Shown here one piece after another: positions 20,231 to 30,480 of a stretch of DNA of 64,000 bases. This stretch comes from an uncultured cyanobacterium. GTDB lineage: Bacteria > Cyanobacteriota > Cyanobacteriia > Phormidesmidales > Phormidesmidaceae. The stretch lies in NCBI GenBank assembly GCA_963793265.1, contig CAWBZI010000006.1, positions 416,001 through 480,000 on the forward strand, written 5' to 3'. Every line of letters starts with the position of its first letter. The stretch's first letter is position 1. Both the position numbers and the translations under genes were made by a program. The notes beneath the pieces are model-generated. The model made no database searches, was not told the DNA's origin, and was given only the letters and a program-made list of their open reading frames with translations.

Positions 20231-21922
20231 CTAACGATAGGACATCGCTTTCTCAGCGTTAGCGCAAGTTTGTGACGGTGGCTCTATCGGTGGCTTCGGC
20301 AAAGTGAAGTAGAAGGTACTGCCCTGTCCGTGGAGGCTTTTGACCCATATTCGTCCCTGGTGCTGCTGAACGATCTCGCGACAGATAGCAAGGCCCAGCC
20401 CAGTGCCGCCACGCTCACGCGCATCAGAGCTATCAACCTGTTGAAATCGCTCAAAGATAGTTTCTAACTTGTTGCTAGGGATGCCGCGACCATAGTCTTT
20501 TACTAAGAACTCTACTTGGTTGTTGTACCGTGATGTCTGTTTTCTAGTGACCTGTTCTCTGGCTCTAACAAACACGCTTGCGCCCCGCGGAGAGAACTTG
20601 ATAGCATTACTCAACAAATTAGTCAGCGCCTGCATAATGTGATCGGCATCAGCCCAAACTTCTATTGGCCCAGACGTCAGGGAATGAGCGCTAGCTACTA
20701 ACGTTACGCCATGCTCAGTAGCCATCGGCTGCATGGCCTTAGTTGCGCTTTCTACTAGCTCTGAAGCTAGACAAATCGTAGGTGCCATACTGACCTGACC
20801 TGAACCCATGCGCTCAAGATCGAGCATGTCGTTGGTTAGTCGGGTCAGGCGTTCGGTGTTATTTAGTGCGATGTTGAGCAGTTCTTCGCCCTGGCTGCTG
20901 AGCTGGCCGAGTCGGCCTGTGGCCAGTAGCCGCAGCGACCCGTGAATAGAGGTGAGCGGGGTGCGCAATTCGTGGCTAACAACAGAAACAAATTCATCTT
21001 TGAGGCGTTCGGTAGCTTTGCGATCGCTAATATCGCTTATCAAGCTAAACACCCCTTTCACCCGATCGTCTTGCACATCAGGAATATAGCTAATACTCAC
21101 CCACAGCCGCTGGCCGTTACTCTGCACCATCTCAGCTTCGTAAGTGACCTTTTTACCGCCTAGTGCCTCTTCTAAATAAGGCAGCATTTGTCGGTAAACC
21201 GCCAGCGAAACCACATCTCCCACCTGGCGGCCCTGCAACTGCTGATAGGGAATGCCGTACCACGTTTCGTAGGCATAGTTATTAAAGCGATAGCGATGCT
21301 GAAGATCGATGTAGGCAACTAAGGCCGGGAGCGCATTAGTGACCAGTCGAAGCTGCTTAACGTCACGGGCAAGTTCGGTCAGCACCTGGCTATAAGGGTG
21401 CGCATCTTCTGAGGGCTGTTCTGATGAGATATTAGGAGAGTTAGAGGTTTCGGTAGCAGTTTCGATAGCAGTTTCGATGGCAGTCTCAATGCCAGAGGCG
21501 ATTGCAAACTCCACATCACCATCTGTTCCCGTCAATACCGTATTCGACCAGACAATCGTGTGCCTTTCTCCCCCTTTCCCTATCCAGGTACTACGAGAGT
21601 AGGTATTGGCCTGCCCGCTCGCTAGCCGTTCAAAAAAGCTTTGCGCTGCTAACCGATCTTCAGGAACCAGCAAAAAGTCCCAGAGCGCATGACCTTTAAT
21701 CTCAGCCTCGCTGTAGCCGGTCACCGTTTCGCAGCAGCGGTTAAAGCGCTGAATCTCGCCCTGTGGGTTGAACACCACAATTAGCGTACCAGTCGCATCG
21801 AAAATAGTATCCGTATCAATAATTTCTGCCGCTGCCTGCCGCCGCTTATTCGCAACTCGGCTCAGCAGCTCGGCCTCTGTTTTACCTTTAGTTTGGTTCT
21901 CAATCGGCGGTAAAAAACTCAT
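20231..21922 (-). CDS. PAS-PAS sensor histidine kinase
   Basis: Two PAS/PAC domains; SHELRTPLT, NLLSNAIKF, DYGRGI, GGTGLGL. Confidence 0.93.
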   Translation of the reverse strand: MSFLPPIENQTKGKTEAELLSRVANKRRQAAAEIIDTDTIFDATGTLIVVFNPQGEIQRFNRCCETVTGYSEAEIKGHALWDFLLVPEDRLAAQSFFERLASGQANTYSRSTWIGKGGERHTIVWSNTVLTGTDGDVEFAIASGIETAIETAIETATETSNSPNISSEQPSEDAHPYSQVLTELARDVKQLRLVTNALPALVAYIDLQHRYRFNNYAYETWYGIPYQQLQGRQVGDVVSLAVYRQMLPYLEEALGGKKVTYEAEMVQSNGQRLWVSISYIPDVQDDRVKGVFSLISDISDRKATERLKDEFVSVVSHELRTPLTSIHGSLRLLATGRLGQLSSQGEELLNIALNNTERLTRLTNDMLDLERMGSGQVSMAPTICLASELVESATKAMQPMATEHGVTLVASAHSLTSGPIEVWADADHIMQALTNLLSNAIKFSPRGASVFVRAREQVTRKQTSRYNNQVEFLVKDYGRGIPSNKLETIFERFQQVDSSDARERGGTGLGLAICREIVQQHQGRIWVKSLHGQGSTFYFTLPKPPIEPPSQTCANAEKAMSYR

Positions 21923-22203
21923 ACTCTCAACAGTAACGCAGCACTGCTAGCCTGGGCATTAAGAGATTTTCAAACAAAAAGAAATAGTTCGTTACAAATA
22001 GAACAAACCCTCATATTCCTCCTGCGCTATCTTATCTTTGCAGGTCAAGGTCGGGCCACAGGTGGGCCTAATGCTATACCAGCGCGGCAAAAGATGGTTC
22101 TATCGGAATAGGTTCCTAGTACATAATCAGAGAAAATACCGGTTTCTTCATAATTTACTCAGATTTGGTTGTTACTGTGAAGGTTGTAACGACGGACAAA
22201 ACT

Positions 22204-22593
22204 ATGAAATATCTCTATTACTTTGCTAATACGAGTTTAGTTGTGCGTCTTCTGACTTATTTATCTAAGCAGGTGGACGTTCAGCTAGCGTCAGTCACTG
22301 TCATCTATTTAGTTGATAGATGGGTTGTGCGAGTTCAGCTTGAGTCGGCTTTGCCAGCTAATCGAAAGCGAGACTTTCAATCGTTTCTAAACGAAAACGG
22401 CTACGCATATGAGCCCTCTTCAGCAGTCACTAGAGCCCTATGCGGCCTAGAAGCAGGCATGGACATTACAGAGGTGATGAATCGGTATCATGTAGTCGTC
22501 GTGTCTCATGGGGCGCTTCAACCGGCTGGTGTTGAAGATTTTCGGGCTACTTTTGTAAGCGGCTTAGGCTACTGCCCGCCCAGTCTTGTTTAA
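22204..22593 (+). CDS. Conserved cyanobacterial hypothetical protein
   Basis: M.YLYY.AN.SL..R...VVVSHG...F...LGYCP.SL; ATG 22204 preferred over 22165. Confidence 0.7.
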   Translation: MKYLYYFANTSLVVRLLTYLSKQVDVQLASVTVIYLVDRWVVRVQLESALPANRKRDFQSFLNENGYAYEPSSAVTRALCGLEAGMDITEVMNRYHVVVVSHGALQPAGVEDFRATFVSGLGYCPPSLV

Positions 22594-24442
22594 TTTGATT
22601 GCGCAGGCGAGTCGCGAGTTCAAAGGAAGCCACTGCTTTATGAATCACGTCATCTGCACCCGTTTCAAAAGCTTGGATTCGCGAGCTATCGTCTTGATGA
22701 GCCGTTAGAAATATTATGGGCAGCGCTTGAAAGCGAATGTCGGCCCGCAGCACTTTGCATAGCTCAATCCCACTGATCTCAGGCATAGTGATGTCTAAGA
22801 CCAACAGATCAGGAGGGGCTTCCGTTTGACCTGGCGCTGTCAGCCACGCCCACAGCGCCGAGGCCGTTTCAAAGAGATGCATAGTGAAGCCCCAAGGTTC
22901 AAGGTTTTTTTGAAGCTGAGAAAGTATCTGTGGATCGTCGTCGGTGATCGCAACGCTAATCTGACGGGTTTCGGTCTTAAGTAGTGCGATCGCCTCATCC
23001 AAAACTTGACCGGGTAAAGCTGCGCGAGTAAGCACTTTCTCTATACCCTGCTGAATCCATCTCAGTCGCCTGCTAAGCGTCAGATCATCAGATAACGCCA
23101 TAATCGGTAGCGACTCGTTTCGCTTCATACGATCCACCAGAGAATCAGCGTTGGGATTGCCATCAAGATCGAGTAGTAGCAAAGTAGAGGCAGGCGATCG
23201 CCCACCCTCTTCGTCTTGCAAACTGCTGAACACAGAACTTTCAGCTTGCTGATAAGAAACGACATGAGCTTGACAGCATTTAGATCCTGCTGCCTCAACC
23301 AATAGCTGAGTGAATTTAGCATCGTCGCTGACTATCACCAAAAGCGGCATCGCTGATGAGCAAACTAATGACGGTGCGTCAGCAGAGATAACGTCAGCAG
23401 AGTTCTGAGCTGCCGCAGCGGCTAACGTTTTACGCAATTGTTGTACCCGTTGCAAAAGCCTTTGAGGAGAGAGTAGCGCGATCGCCCCGTCCTCACCGTC
23501 TTTGTCGAACACAGATCTAGCCCGCAGTTGAACCTCTATCTCGCTGGCAATTTCAGAGCCCGCCACCAGGCCAAAGCTCCCCATCGATCCAGCTAACTTA
23601 TGAGCATTCATCTGTCCCAACTGCTGCTGCTCCAATCGCAGATCGCCCTCACTCAGAGCCCTTACGACCTGCTCCAATCCTGCCGCCTGTTGGTCAGCCG
23701 TCGATAAATAGACCTTAAAAGCCTGTGCCAGCTCAGCTTGCCCTAGCCCTTCTTCACCGACGCGATCGCCCGACTCATTCAGCCGGTATCCCTGCCCATA
23801 CACCGTTTGAATCAAATCTTTCGGCGCACCTGCTGCCTTTAGCTTCCGCCGCAGACCCTTAACATGCGTTCGTACCGTGTCCTCTCCTGGCGGGTCTTCA
23901 AAAGACCACAAATCCTCAATGATTTTGCCCAAGCTATAAATCTGATGAGGATGCCGCAAAAACAGCTCCATGATTGAAAATTCTTTTGGCGTAAGATGAA
24001 TCGCGTGCTGAGCGTAGCTGGTTTCACAAGTACTCGGATCTAACGTCAGCGGCCCCCACTTTAAAACAGCGGGCAAGCCCTGGTGTTCACGGCGCAGCAG
24101 CGCTCGAATACGCGCACAAAGCTCGTCAAAATCAAACGGCTTCATCACATAGTCATCAGCTCCCGCGTCCAGCGCTTTTACCTTCTCAATTGTGCTCTCC
24201 TTCGCAGTCAAAATCATCACAGGATTAGCATATCCATCACGACGAAATTGACGGCAAAATTCAATGCCGTTGCCGTCGGGTAAAGCCAAATCCAGCACGA
24301 TCAAATCGTAATTAAACAGATCAACGCAGGTTTTCGCACTGTCGCCATCAATCGCAATATCTACCGCATAGCGCTGATGGATCAATCGATCGGCCAACGA
24401 ATCCATCAGGGCTTCGTCATCGTCCACTAAAAGTATCCGCAT
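22547..24442 (-). CDS. Multi-domain response regulator (REC-OmpR wHTH-Hpt-degenerate REC-REC)
   Basis: N-terminal REC, LTPKEF/VRTHVKGLRRKL/TVYGQGYRL, Hpt AHKLAGSMG, C-terminal REC LDITMP. Confidence 0.9.
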   Translation of the reverse strand: MRILLVDDDEALMDSLADRLIHQRYAVDIAIDGDSAKTCVDLFNYDLIVLDLALPDGNGIEFCRQFRRDGYANPVMILTAKESTIEKVKALDAGADDYVMKPFDFDELCARIRALLRREHQGLPAVLKWGPLTLDPSTCETSYAQHAIHLTPKEFSIMELFLRHPHQIYSLGKIIEDLWSFEDPPGEDTVRTHVKGLRRKLKAAGAPKDLIQTVYGQGYRLNESGDRVGEEGLGQAELAQAFKVYLSTADQQAAGLEQVVRALSEGDLRLEQQQLGQMNAHKLAGSMGSFGLVAGSEIASEIEVQLRARSVFDKDGEDGAIALLSPQRLLQRVQQLRKTLAAAAAQNSADVISADAPSLVCSSAMPLLVIVSDDAKFTQLLVEAAGSKCCQAHVVSYQQAESSVFSSLQDEEGGRSPASTLLLLDLDGNPNADSLVDRMKRNESLPIMALSDDLTLSRRLRWIQQGIEKVLTRAALPGQVLDEAIALLKTETRQISVAITDDDPQILSQLQKNLEPWGFTMHLFETASALWAWLTAPGQTEAPPDLLVLDITMPEISGIELCKVLRADIRFQALPIIFLTAHQDDSSRIQAFETGADDVIHKAVASFELATRLRNQIKQDWAGSSLSRLQK

Positions 24443-24478
24443 TGCGATCGCCTCCCTGTTCTCCCTCAGCTGCTAACG

Positions 24479-25304
24479 CTAAATGGGCTGGCAGTGCGGA
24501 CAGTAGTAAATCCGCCGACTGCTGACCATTTCTTTAACAATAGGCACACCGCACACATAGCACGGCTTATCAACTCGCCCAAAAACCCAGTAGCGGTAGT
24601 CTCGGTAGCGACTTCCCTGCTGCTTTTAGTTTATTCGCCAAATCCAAATCATTCGTCACGCCCTTGTATTTGTACGACTGATAGGTCACCTCAATCGAAG
24701 TTTTGGCCAGGGTAAGAAGCTGATCGTCAGTGCAATCTATCGGTCGCAGCGTCGGGTGGAGCCGAGCAACGAAAAGAATTTCGCTGCGAAGATAGTTACC
24801 GATCCCCGCTAGAAAGTGCTGATCTAAATAGAGCGTAGAGAGACGGCGACGATGGTGTTTTTTACTTTTGAGAAGGTCTTGCAGCTTCTTGGGCTTAAGA
24901 CTGGCGCTAAGCACATCAGGCCCAAGCTTACTCAAAAAAGGATGGCTTTCAATCTCTGACGGGCTGCTGAGTATTTGAATATCTGAGGCGCTGTAGAGGA
25001 GCGCTGACTTTTTAGCATTGTGAATAGCAAACCGGAGCTGACGGTTAGTATCAGGAAAATCCTGCGCCTTACGCACCATCCATTTGCCGTAAAGCTGATT
25101 GTGGCTGTATACGCTCAGGCCGTTATCAAAATGGGTGAGCATCGCTTTGCCCCGCGTTTCGACCTGCGTTACTTTGCAGCCGGTCAGGTCGGCCTCGAAA
25201 TGTTTGAGGTGATCGAAGGCGAAAAAGACTGCGGTGGTGGGGCGATCGCGCACCGCCTTTTCAATTTTGTCAGCAGCGATCCGAATTTCAGGGCCTTCAG
25301 GCAT
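24479..25304 (-). CDS. nei: Endonuclease VIII (Nei), with a +1 frameshift at ~24611 before the zinc finger
   Basis: MPEGPE, RGKAML, HNQLYG, LDQHFLAGIGNYLRSE. The shifted frame continues RYRDYRYWVFGRVDKPCYVCG...RRIYYCPHCQPI to a stop at 24479. Confidence 0.88.
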
Positions 25305-25405
25305 AGATTCAAAAGATTACAAAAAAACGCTATCAAAAAGCCATTGCGTTATTGTGATCGTAAGTCAATTTTGGCTCTGTAGCCTCCCGAAGTCGCTTTA
25401 AGTTT

Positions 25406-26635
25406 ATGACAGCAGCCTCTCCCTCGGCCCCAAAAGCAGATAGATCCACCAGACCTCACGCCAAAGCTCGACCCCTCAAGCCCGGTGCAGCCAAGCCCGC
25501 CAAAGAACGGTGCAGTGAATGCGGCCTCTGCGACACCTCATACATTCACTACGTCAAAGACGCCTGCGCCTTTCTCAATCAGCAAATCACCCCGTTAGAA
25601 GCTGCCAACCATGGCCGTAGCCGCGATCTTGAGAACGAGGACGAGCTGTACTTTGGCGTACAGCAAAAGATGGTCGCCGCTCGCAAGCTAGCCCCTATTG
25701 AAGGCGCGCAGTGGACAGGCATTGTCAGCACCCTGGCGATTGAAATGCTCAATAAAGGTCTTGTAGAAGGCGTGGTGTGCGTCCAAAACACCGAAGACGA
25801 TCGGTTTCAACCCATGCCAGTAATCGCCCGCACGCCCGAAGATATTCTGGCCGCGCGTGTCAACAAGCCTACGCTCTCACCCAACCTCTCAGTGCTCGAT
25901 CAAATTGAGCAGTCGGGCATGAAGCGGGTATTAGTCATTGGCGTCGGCTGTCAAATCCAGGCCCTCCGCGCCGTACAAGATCAGCTCGGCCTCGAAAAGC
26001 TGTACGTGCTCGGAATGCCCTGCGTCGATAACGTCTCACGCGCTGGGCTACAAAAGTTTTTGGACACTACCAGCCGTTCTCCCGAGACGGTCGTGGCCTA
26101 CGAATTTATGCAAGACTTCCAGGTGCACTTTAAGCACGAAGACGGTTCAGAGGAGAAAGTGCCGTTCTTTGGGCTTAAAACCAACAAGCTCAAAGATGTG
26201 TTTGCCCCGTCGTGTATGAGCTGCTTTGACTACACCAATTCTCTTGCAGATATTGTGGTGGGCTATATGGGTGCGCCGTTTGGCTGGCAGTGGATTGTTG
26301 TTCGTAACGACACGGGCGCAGAGATGTTTGATTTGTTAGAAGGGATTATTGAGACGCAGCCAGTGATGAGTTCGGGCGATCGCACCCAAGCCGTACAAAA
26401 CAGCATCCCTGCCTATGATAAAGGGGTCACTCTACCCATGTGGGCTGCAAAGCTCATGGGTGTCGTCATTGAGAAAATCGGCCCTAAAGGTCTTGAATAC
26501 GCTCGCTTCTCTATTGACTCTCACTTCACCCGAAACTATCTATATACAAAGCGCAACCATCCTGAAAAGCTAGCAGCGCATGTGCCGGAGTTTGCTAAGC
26601 GAATTGTGGGGCAGTACAAACTACCAGATAAGTAG
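25406..26635 (+). CDS. bciB: Ferredoxin-dependent 8-vinyl reductase (FrhB-like, BciB/Slr1923-type)
   Basis: CSECGLCDT, GAQWTGIVS, GVGCQ, PCVDN, CMSCFDY. Confidence 0.85.
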   Translation: MTAASPSAPKADRSTRPHAKARPLKPGAAKPAKERCSECGLCDTSYIHYVKDACAFLNQQITPLEAANHGRSRDLENEDELYFGVQQKMVAARKLAPIEGAQWTGIVSTLAIEMLNKGLVEGVVCVQNTEDDRFQPMPVIARTPEDILAARVNKPTLSPNLSVLDQIEQSGMKRVLVIGVGCQIQALRAVQDQLGLEKLYVLGMPCVDNVSRAGLQKFLDTTSRSPETVVAYEFMQDFQVHFKHEDGSEEKVPFFGLKTNKLKDVFAPSCMSCFDYTNSLADIVVGYMGAPFGWQWIVVRNDTGAEMFDLLEGIIETQPVMSSGDRTQAVQNSIPAYDKGVTLPMWAAKLMGVVIEKIGPKGLEYARFSIDSHFTRNYLYTKRNHPEKLAAHVPEFAKRIVGQYKLPDK

Positions 26636-26651
26636 AGCCTGTAAAAACCTG

Positions 26652-27497
26652 TTAGCTCATTAACGGCTCGGCAAGCTGCCTCATCAGCACAACTGCATCG
26701 TCTACTGAGATAGTTTTATGTTTGAGTGGTAAAAATTCCAGCACGCTGAAGCCTACAACATTAAAACTATCTCTTAGTCTCAACAAAAGCGCAGACAAGT
26801 TTTCTACTCGAATTCCGTTTGGCGTGGGACAGGCGACATGTGGAAATTCTGTAGGGTCGAGAACGTCTAGGTCGAGATGAATGTAGATGTTAGTGAATCC
26901 GGCTTGGGCGATCGCTGCAATCAGCCGATCATATTTCCCATCATTCACAGATTTTGCAGAAACAACAGACAGACCATGCTGACGAACAAAATCTCGCTCA
27001 GGCAGATCAAATTCTCTAGTGCCAACCAAAAATATCTGCTCTGGCTTCAGCTTAGAAAAAGCCTGATCCAAAATCTCAGTATCGCCTTCACCTAGCAGCG
27101 TACGCAACGGCATTCCGTGAAAGTGAGCGCTTGGTGAAGACGCTGGCGTATTGAGGTCGCCGTGAGCATCTAGCCAGATGAGGGCTAGGGACTGATCGTA
27201 TTTTTTATTGAGGAAAGAGACAGGCGCAATCTCGACGCTACAGTCTCCGCCGAGGGTGAATATTTTGTGAGGATTGCGAGCCTGAATCAGGTTACGAGCA
27301 GTCGTGAGCTGAGAAAGGATTTGGGCGCGTCCTAAGATATTTTCTTCAACTGTAAGAGAGTAGGCAAGCGAAGTTTTCACAGTCTCAAACGACAGGCTTT
27401 CAGACAAAGCATCATAAAGACATTCAGCCCCTTTTGCTAAGCCGATAATGCCTGAGCCCTGCCACTGAGGGAAAAAGAGATTTAGCGGCTCAGACAC
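26652..27497 (-). CDS. Arginase/ureohydrolase family protein
   Basis: PQWQG, GGDCS, DAHGD, HFHGMP, HLDLDVLDP; GTG at 27497 overlaps the trhO stop and is preferred over the ORF-track start. Confidence 0.85.
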   Translation of the reverse strand: MSEPLNLFFPQWQGSGIIGLAKGAECLYDALSESLSFETVKTSLAYSLTVEENILGRAQILSQLTTARNLIQARNPHKIFTLGGDCSVEIAPVSFLNKKYDQSLALIWLDAHGDLNTPASSPSAHFHGMPLRTLLGEGDTEILDQAFSKLKPEQIFLVGTREFDLPERDFVRQHGLSVVSAKSVNDGKYDRLIAAIAQAGFTNIYIHLDLDVLDPTEFPHVACPTPNGIRVENLSALLLRLRDSFNVVGFSVLEFLPLKHKTISVDDAVVLMRQLAEPLMS

Positions 27498-28393
27498 TAA
27501 CGTTCCTCTGTATTGGGTTTGTTCATATGGCGCTGGCGTTTTCTTTCGCGGAGGCGATCGCACCTCTCCTCAGTCAGCTCACCAATACAGTGCGGGCAAC
27601 TCACCTCACTCTCATACTCATCACTCGCCATCTCCACCGCAGAGACAGGATGGCCGCAGGCATAGCACATTCCATAAGACCCCTTTTCTAGGCCGTGCTT
27701 AATCGCTACCCGCTCGTCAAAAACAAAACATTCTCCTTCCCAAAGGCTTTTCTCTTCAGGAACCTCTTCTAGATACTTGAGAATGCCACCTTTGAGATGG
27801 TAGACCTCTTCAAACCCTTGAGAAAGCAGATAAGAAGACGCTTTTTCGCAGCGAATGCCGCCTGTGCAGAACATAGCAACTTTCTTGTTCTTATCAGGAT
27901 CTAAGTTCTCTTTTACATAGTCTGGAAACTCATTAAAAGTCTCAGTTTTAGGATTTTGCGCCCGCACAAAGGAGCCCATACCGACTTCGTAATCATTGCG
28001 GGTGTCAATGACAGTGACCTCTGGATCTGAGATAATCTGATTCCACTCGGTAGCAGGCACATAGGTGCCGACTTGCTGCGTAGGGCTCACTTCTGGCAGG
28101 CCAATAGTAACAATCTCTTTTTTTAAACGAACCTTTAGCTTCTCAAAAGGCGGCTCGCTTGCCAAAGATTCTTTAACGTCAATATCACGCAAACGACTAT
28201 CTGACTTTATATAAGAGAGAATAGCGTCTATGCTCGAACGTGCTCCGGCAACCGTGCCATTAATGCCTTCTTCAGCGAGCAAGATAGTGCCTTTTATGCC
28301 TTCAGCTTTGCAGGCTGCTTTAATAGGATGCTGCAAGACGGCGTAGTCAGGTAGTGCTACAAATTTGTAGAAGGTTGCAACAGTTGAGGACAT
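27497..28393 (-). CDS. trhO: Rhodanese-domain tRNA uridine(34) hydroxylase
   Basis: [38 protein letters not shown]. Confidence 0.9.
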   Translation of the reverse strand: MSSTVATFYKFVALPDYAVLQHPIKAACKAEGIKGTILLAEEGINGTVAGARSSIDAILSYIKSDSRLRDIDVKESLASEPPFEKLKVRLKKEIVTIGLPEVSPTQQVGTYVPATEWNQIISDPEVTVIDTRNDYEVGMGSFVRAQNPKTETFNEFPDYVKENLDPDKNKKVAMFCTGGIRCEKASSYLLSQGFEEVYHLKGGILKYLEEVPEEKSLWEGECFVFDERVAIKHGLEKGSYGMCYACGHPVSAVEMASDEYESEVSCPHCIGELTEERCDRLRERKRQRHMNKPNTEER

Positions 28394-28435
28394 GGGCGCA
28401 CGGCAGAAGTTGAGAGCAGTTCCTATTTTGCCATC

Positions 28436-29368
28436 TTATTTTACGTGTGAGCTGTTGAATTCGGTGAGTACGGCCTTAGCGGCTCGGTGCAATAGCGAAT
28501 GGCGATAGATGAGGGCGTTCATGTCTTCGCCGTAGCCGCCGCCGATAACACAGGCCACAGGAATACCTGCGGTGATGCAGGCGTGGAGTACGGTGCGATC
28601 GCGCTCATAAATCCCCACGTCCGTCAGCGCCAGCTTGCCTAGCCGATCGTCTTTGTGCACGTCTACGCCCGCATCGTACATAACTAAATCGGGCTGGAGT
28701 CGGGTGAGTAGGGGAGAAAGGTGCGATCGCAATACCGCCAAATACTCATCATCCCCGGTATTTTCAGCCAAGGGCACATCCAAATCGCTCCGCTGCTTAC
28801 GACCTGGAAAGTTAATGCCACAGTGCATTGAAAACGTAAACACACTTTTGTCGCCTTTGAAAATGAAAGCGCTGCCGTCACCCTGATGCACGTCAAGATC
28901 GACAATGAGGGCGGTGCGGATTAGGCGCTGGTGCTGAAGGACTTTGATCGCGATCGCCAAATCATTGAAGATACAAAACCCCGAGCCATACCCAGGAAAG
29001 GCATGGTGCGTGCCACCCGCAGTATTGCAAGCAAGCCCAGATTGCAGCGCCAGTTTGGCCGTGAGAATAGTACCGCCAACCGCCGTACAGGTTCGTCTCA
29101 CTAGGCCCTCGCTCCAAGGTAAGCCAATGCGGCGCTGGGCTTTAGCGTCTAAGGTGCCGGTGCAATAAGCCTGGACGTAATCGGGGGTGTGGACAAGCTG
29201 TAGCCATTCGGTAGGGGGTGCGCCGGGTGGATAGAGCTGGGTGGATTGGATGATGCGATCGCGTATCAGCAAGTCTTTTAAAAGCTGAAACTTAGGCATC
29301 GGAAAACGATGACCTTCAGGGAGCGGCGTTACGTAGTCTGAATGATAAACAACTGGAAAGTTAGTCAA
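28436..29368 (-). CDS. Histone deacetylase family protein
   Basis: GHRFPM.KF, GGTHHA, GFCIFND, DLDVHQGDG, GGGY. Confidence 0.92.
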   Translation of the reverse strand: MTNFPVVYHSDYVTPLPEGHRFPMPKFQLLKDLLIRDRIIQSTQLYPPGAPPTEWLQLVHTPDYVQAYCTGTLDAKAQRRIGLPWSEGLVRRTCTAVGGTILTAKLALQSGLACNTAGGTHHAFPGYGSGFCIFNDLAIAIKVLQHQRLIRTALIVDLDVHQGDGSAFIFKGDKSVFTFSMHCGINFPGRKQRSDLDVPLAENTGDDEYLAVLRSHLSPLLTRLQPDLVMYDAGVDVHKDDRLGKLALTDVGIYERDRTVLHACITAGIPVACVIGGGYGEDMNALIYRHSLLHRAAKAVLTEFNSSHVK

Positions 29369-29412
29369 AAGGCTTCATGGCGATCGTCTTTATTTATTAT
29401 GACAACCGCTGG

Positions 29413-30249
29413 CTACTCAGCCGCCTCACCTAGCGTTTCACTCGCTATCTCTGGTACTGGATAAAAAATGGCCTTAGCCTCAGCGCTGCCAACATAGCGC
29501 CAGTGCCAGGGCTCGTATGAAATGCCCTGCGCATTATCTTGAGGAAATGAAAGCTCAAAGCCAAACTGAGCGGCGTTCTCTATCAGCCACGCATAGGCAG
29601 GGGTATCCGCAAAGGCGGCGGAGATGTCGTACGCCTGGTCTAGATTGCCGTCTGCCAAATCGACCGCATAGCCTGTGTGGTGCTCACTATGTCCGGGTGG
29701 CGCGCTCACCACAGCGGCCGCTTCAGGTGTGCCTTTGTTCGCAATTTGCGCTGTAAATAGCGTGCGCTGCTGGGCCAGTGTCCGAAAGCCAGAAGCGGGA
29801 ACGAGCCAAACCCCTTGAGCCCGAGCGGCTGATATCATCTCGAACAACGCTGCTGCTGCGTCTGGATGCAGCGTTTCGTAGCGTTTATCTTCGCCGTGAG
29901 CGTAGCTGGCAATAAGCTGCATATCAGCAGGGCTCGCCGCGACATAGGGCAGATGGCCATATCTAGGCTCAAGCTTCGGCGGCTCAAGCTTCGGCGGTTC
30001 TAGATTTGGGATTTCGCGCGCTGAAGCCACAGCTTCTACAGACTCGCTCTCAGAGAGCAGATCTGGCGAGATTACAGCGATAGGTTTCGCATCAGCTTTG
30101 TTCAGGGTGGCTTCAGATGAAAATCGAAGCGATGGAAAGGACTGTAGAATTTCGGCAAACGCTACTGCATTGATAGCCATGCATCCTGAAACTAAGGCAA
30201 TTGGCCCGGTAATGCGCAGCCAGCGGGGAAGACGGTTAAATTGCTTCAT
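29413..30249 (-). CDS. D-alanyl-D-alanine carboxypeptidase (M15B/VanY family)
   Basis: SGFR, SAPPGHSEHHTGYAVD, YEPWHWRY. Confidence 0.9.
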   Translation of the reverse strand: MKQFNRLPRWLRITGPIALVSGCMAINAVAFAEILQSFPSLRFSSEATLNKADAKPIAVISPDLLSESESVEAVASAREIPNLEPPKLEPPKLEPRYGHLPYVAASPADMQLIASYAHGEDKRYETLHPDAAAALFEMISAARAQGVWLVPASGFRTLAQQRTLFTAQIANKGTPEAAAVVSAPPGHSEHHTGYAVDLADGNLDQAYDISAAFADTPAYAWLIENAAQFGFELSFPQDNAQGISYEPWHWRYVGSAEAKAIFYPVPEIASETLGEAAE

Positions 30250-30304
30250 GGTAAAACGACTGAGGCTTCCTGATGTGCACTTGAGTATAAAATATCCTGG
30301 CTTT

Positions 30305-30480
30305 TTCCGTAGAATCCTATCTTTTTGACTACTCCCCGGACTGAAGGCGCGGGGATTCCCTGGTCAGTGACATAACTTTCAGATCCAACGTTACCGTCAA
30401 ACCTAAAGAGGTCGTATCTCACAGGGCGTTCTCCTTGTCTAGCAAGGTCGTTCCTGTGTGCCCCACAGTACGAAGTGCTT
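30305..30480 (-). ncRNA. Putative omegaRNA (reRNA) of TnpB with flank-derived guide
   Basis: Inferred from known TnpB biology: the scaffold spans the tnpB 3' end to the right-end TCAA, and the guide is the adjacent flank AAAGATAGGATTCTACGGAA. The 5' boundary is approximate. Confidence 0.6.
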
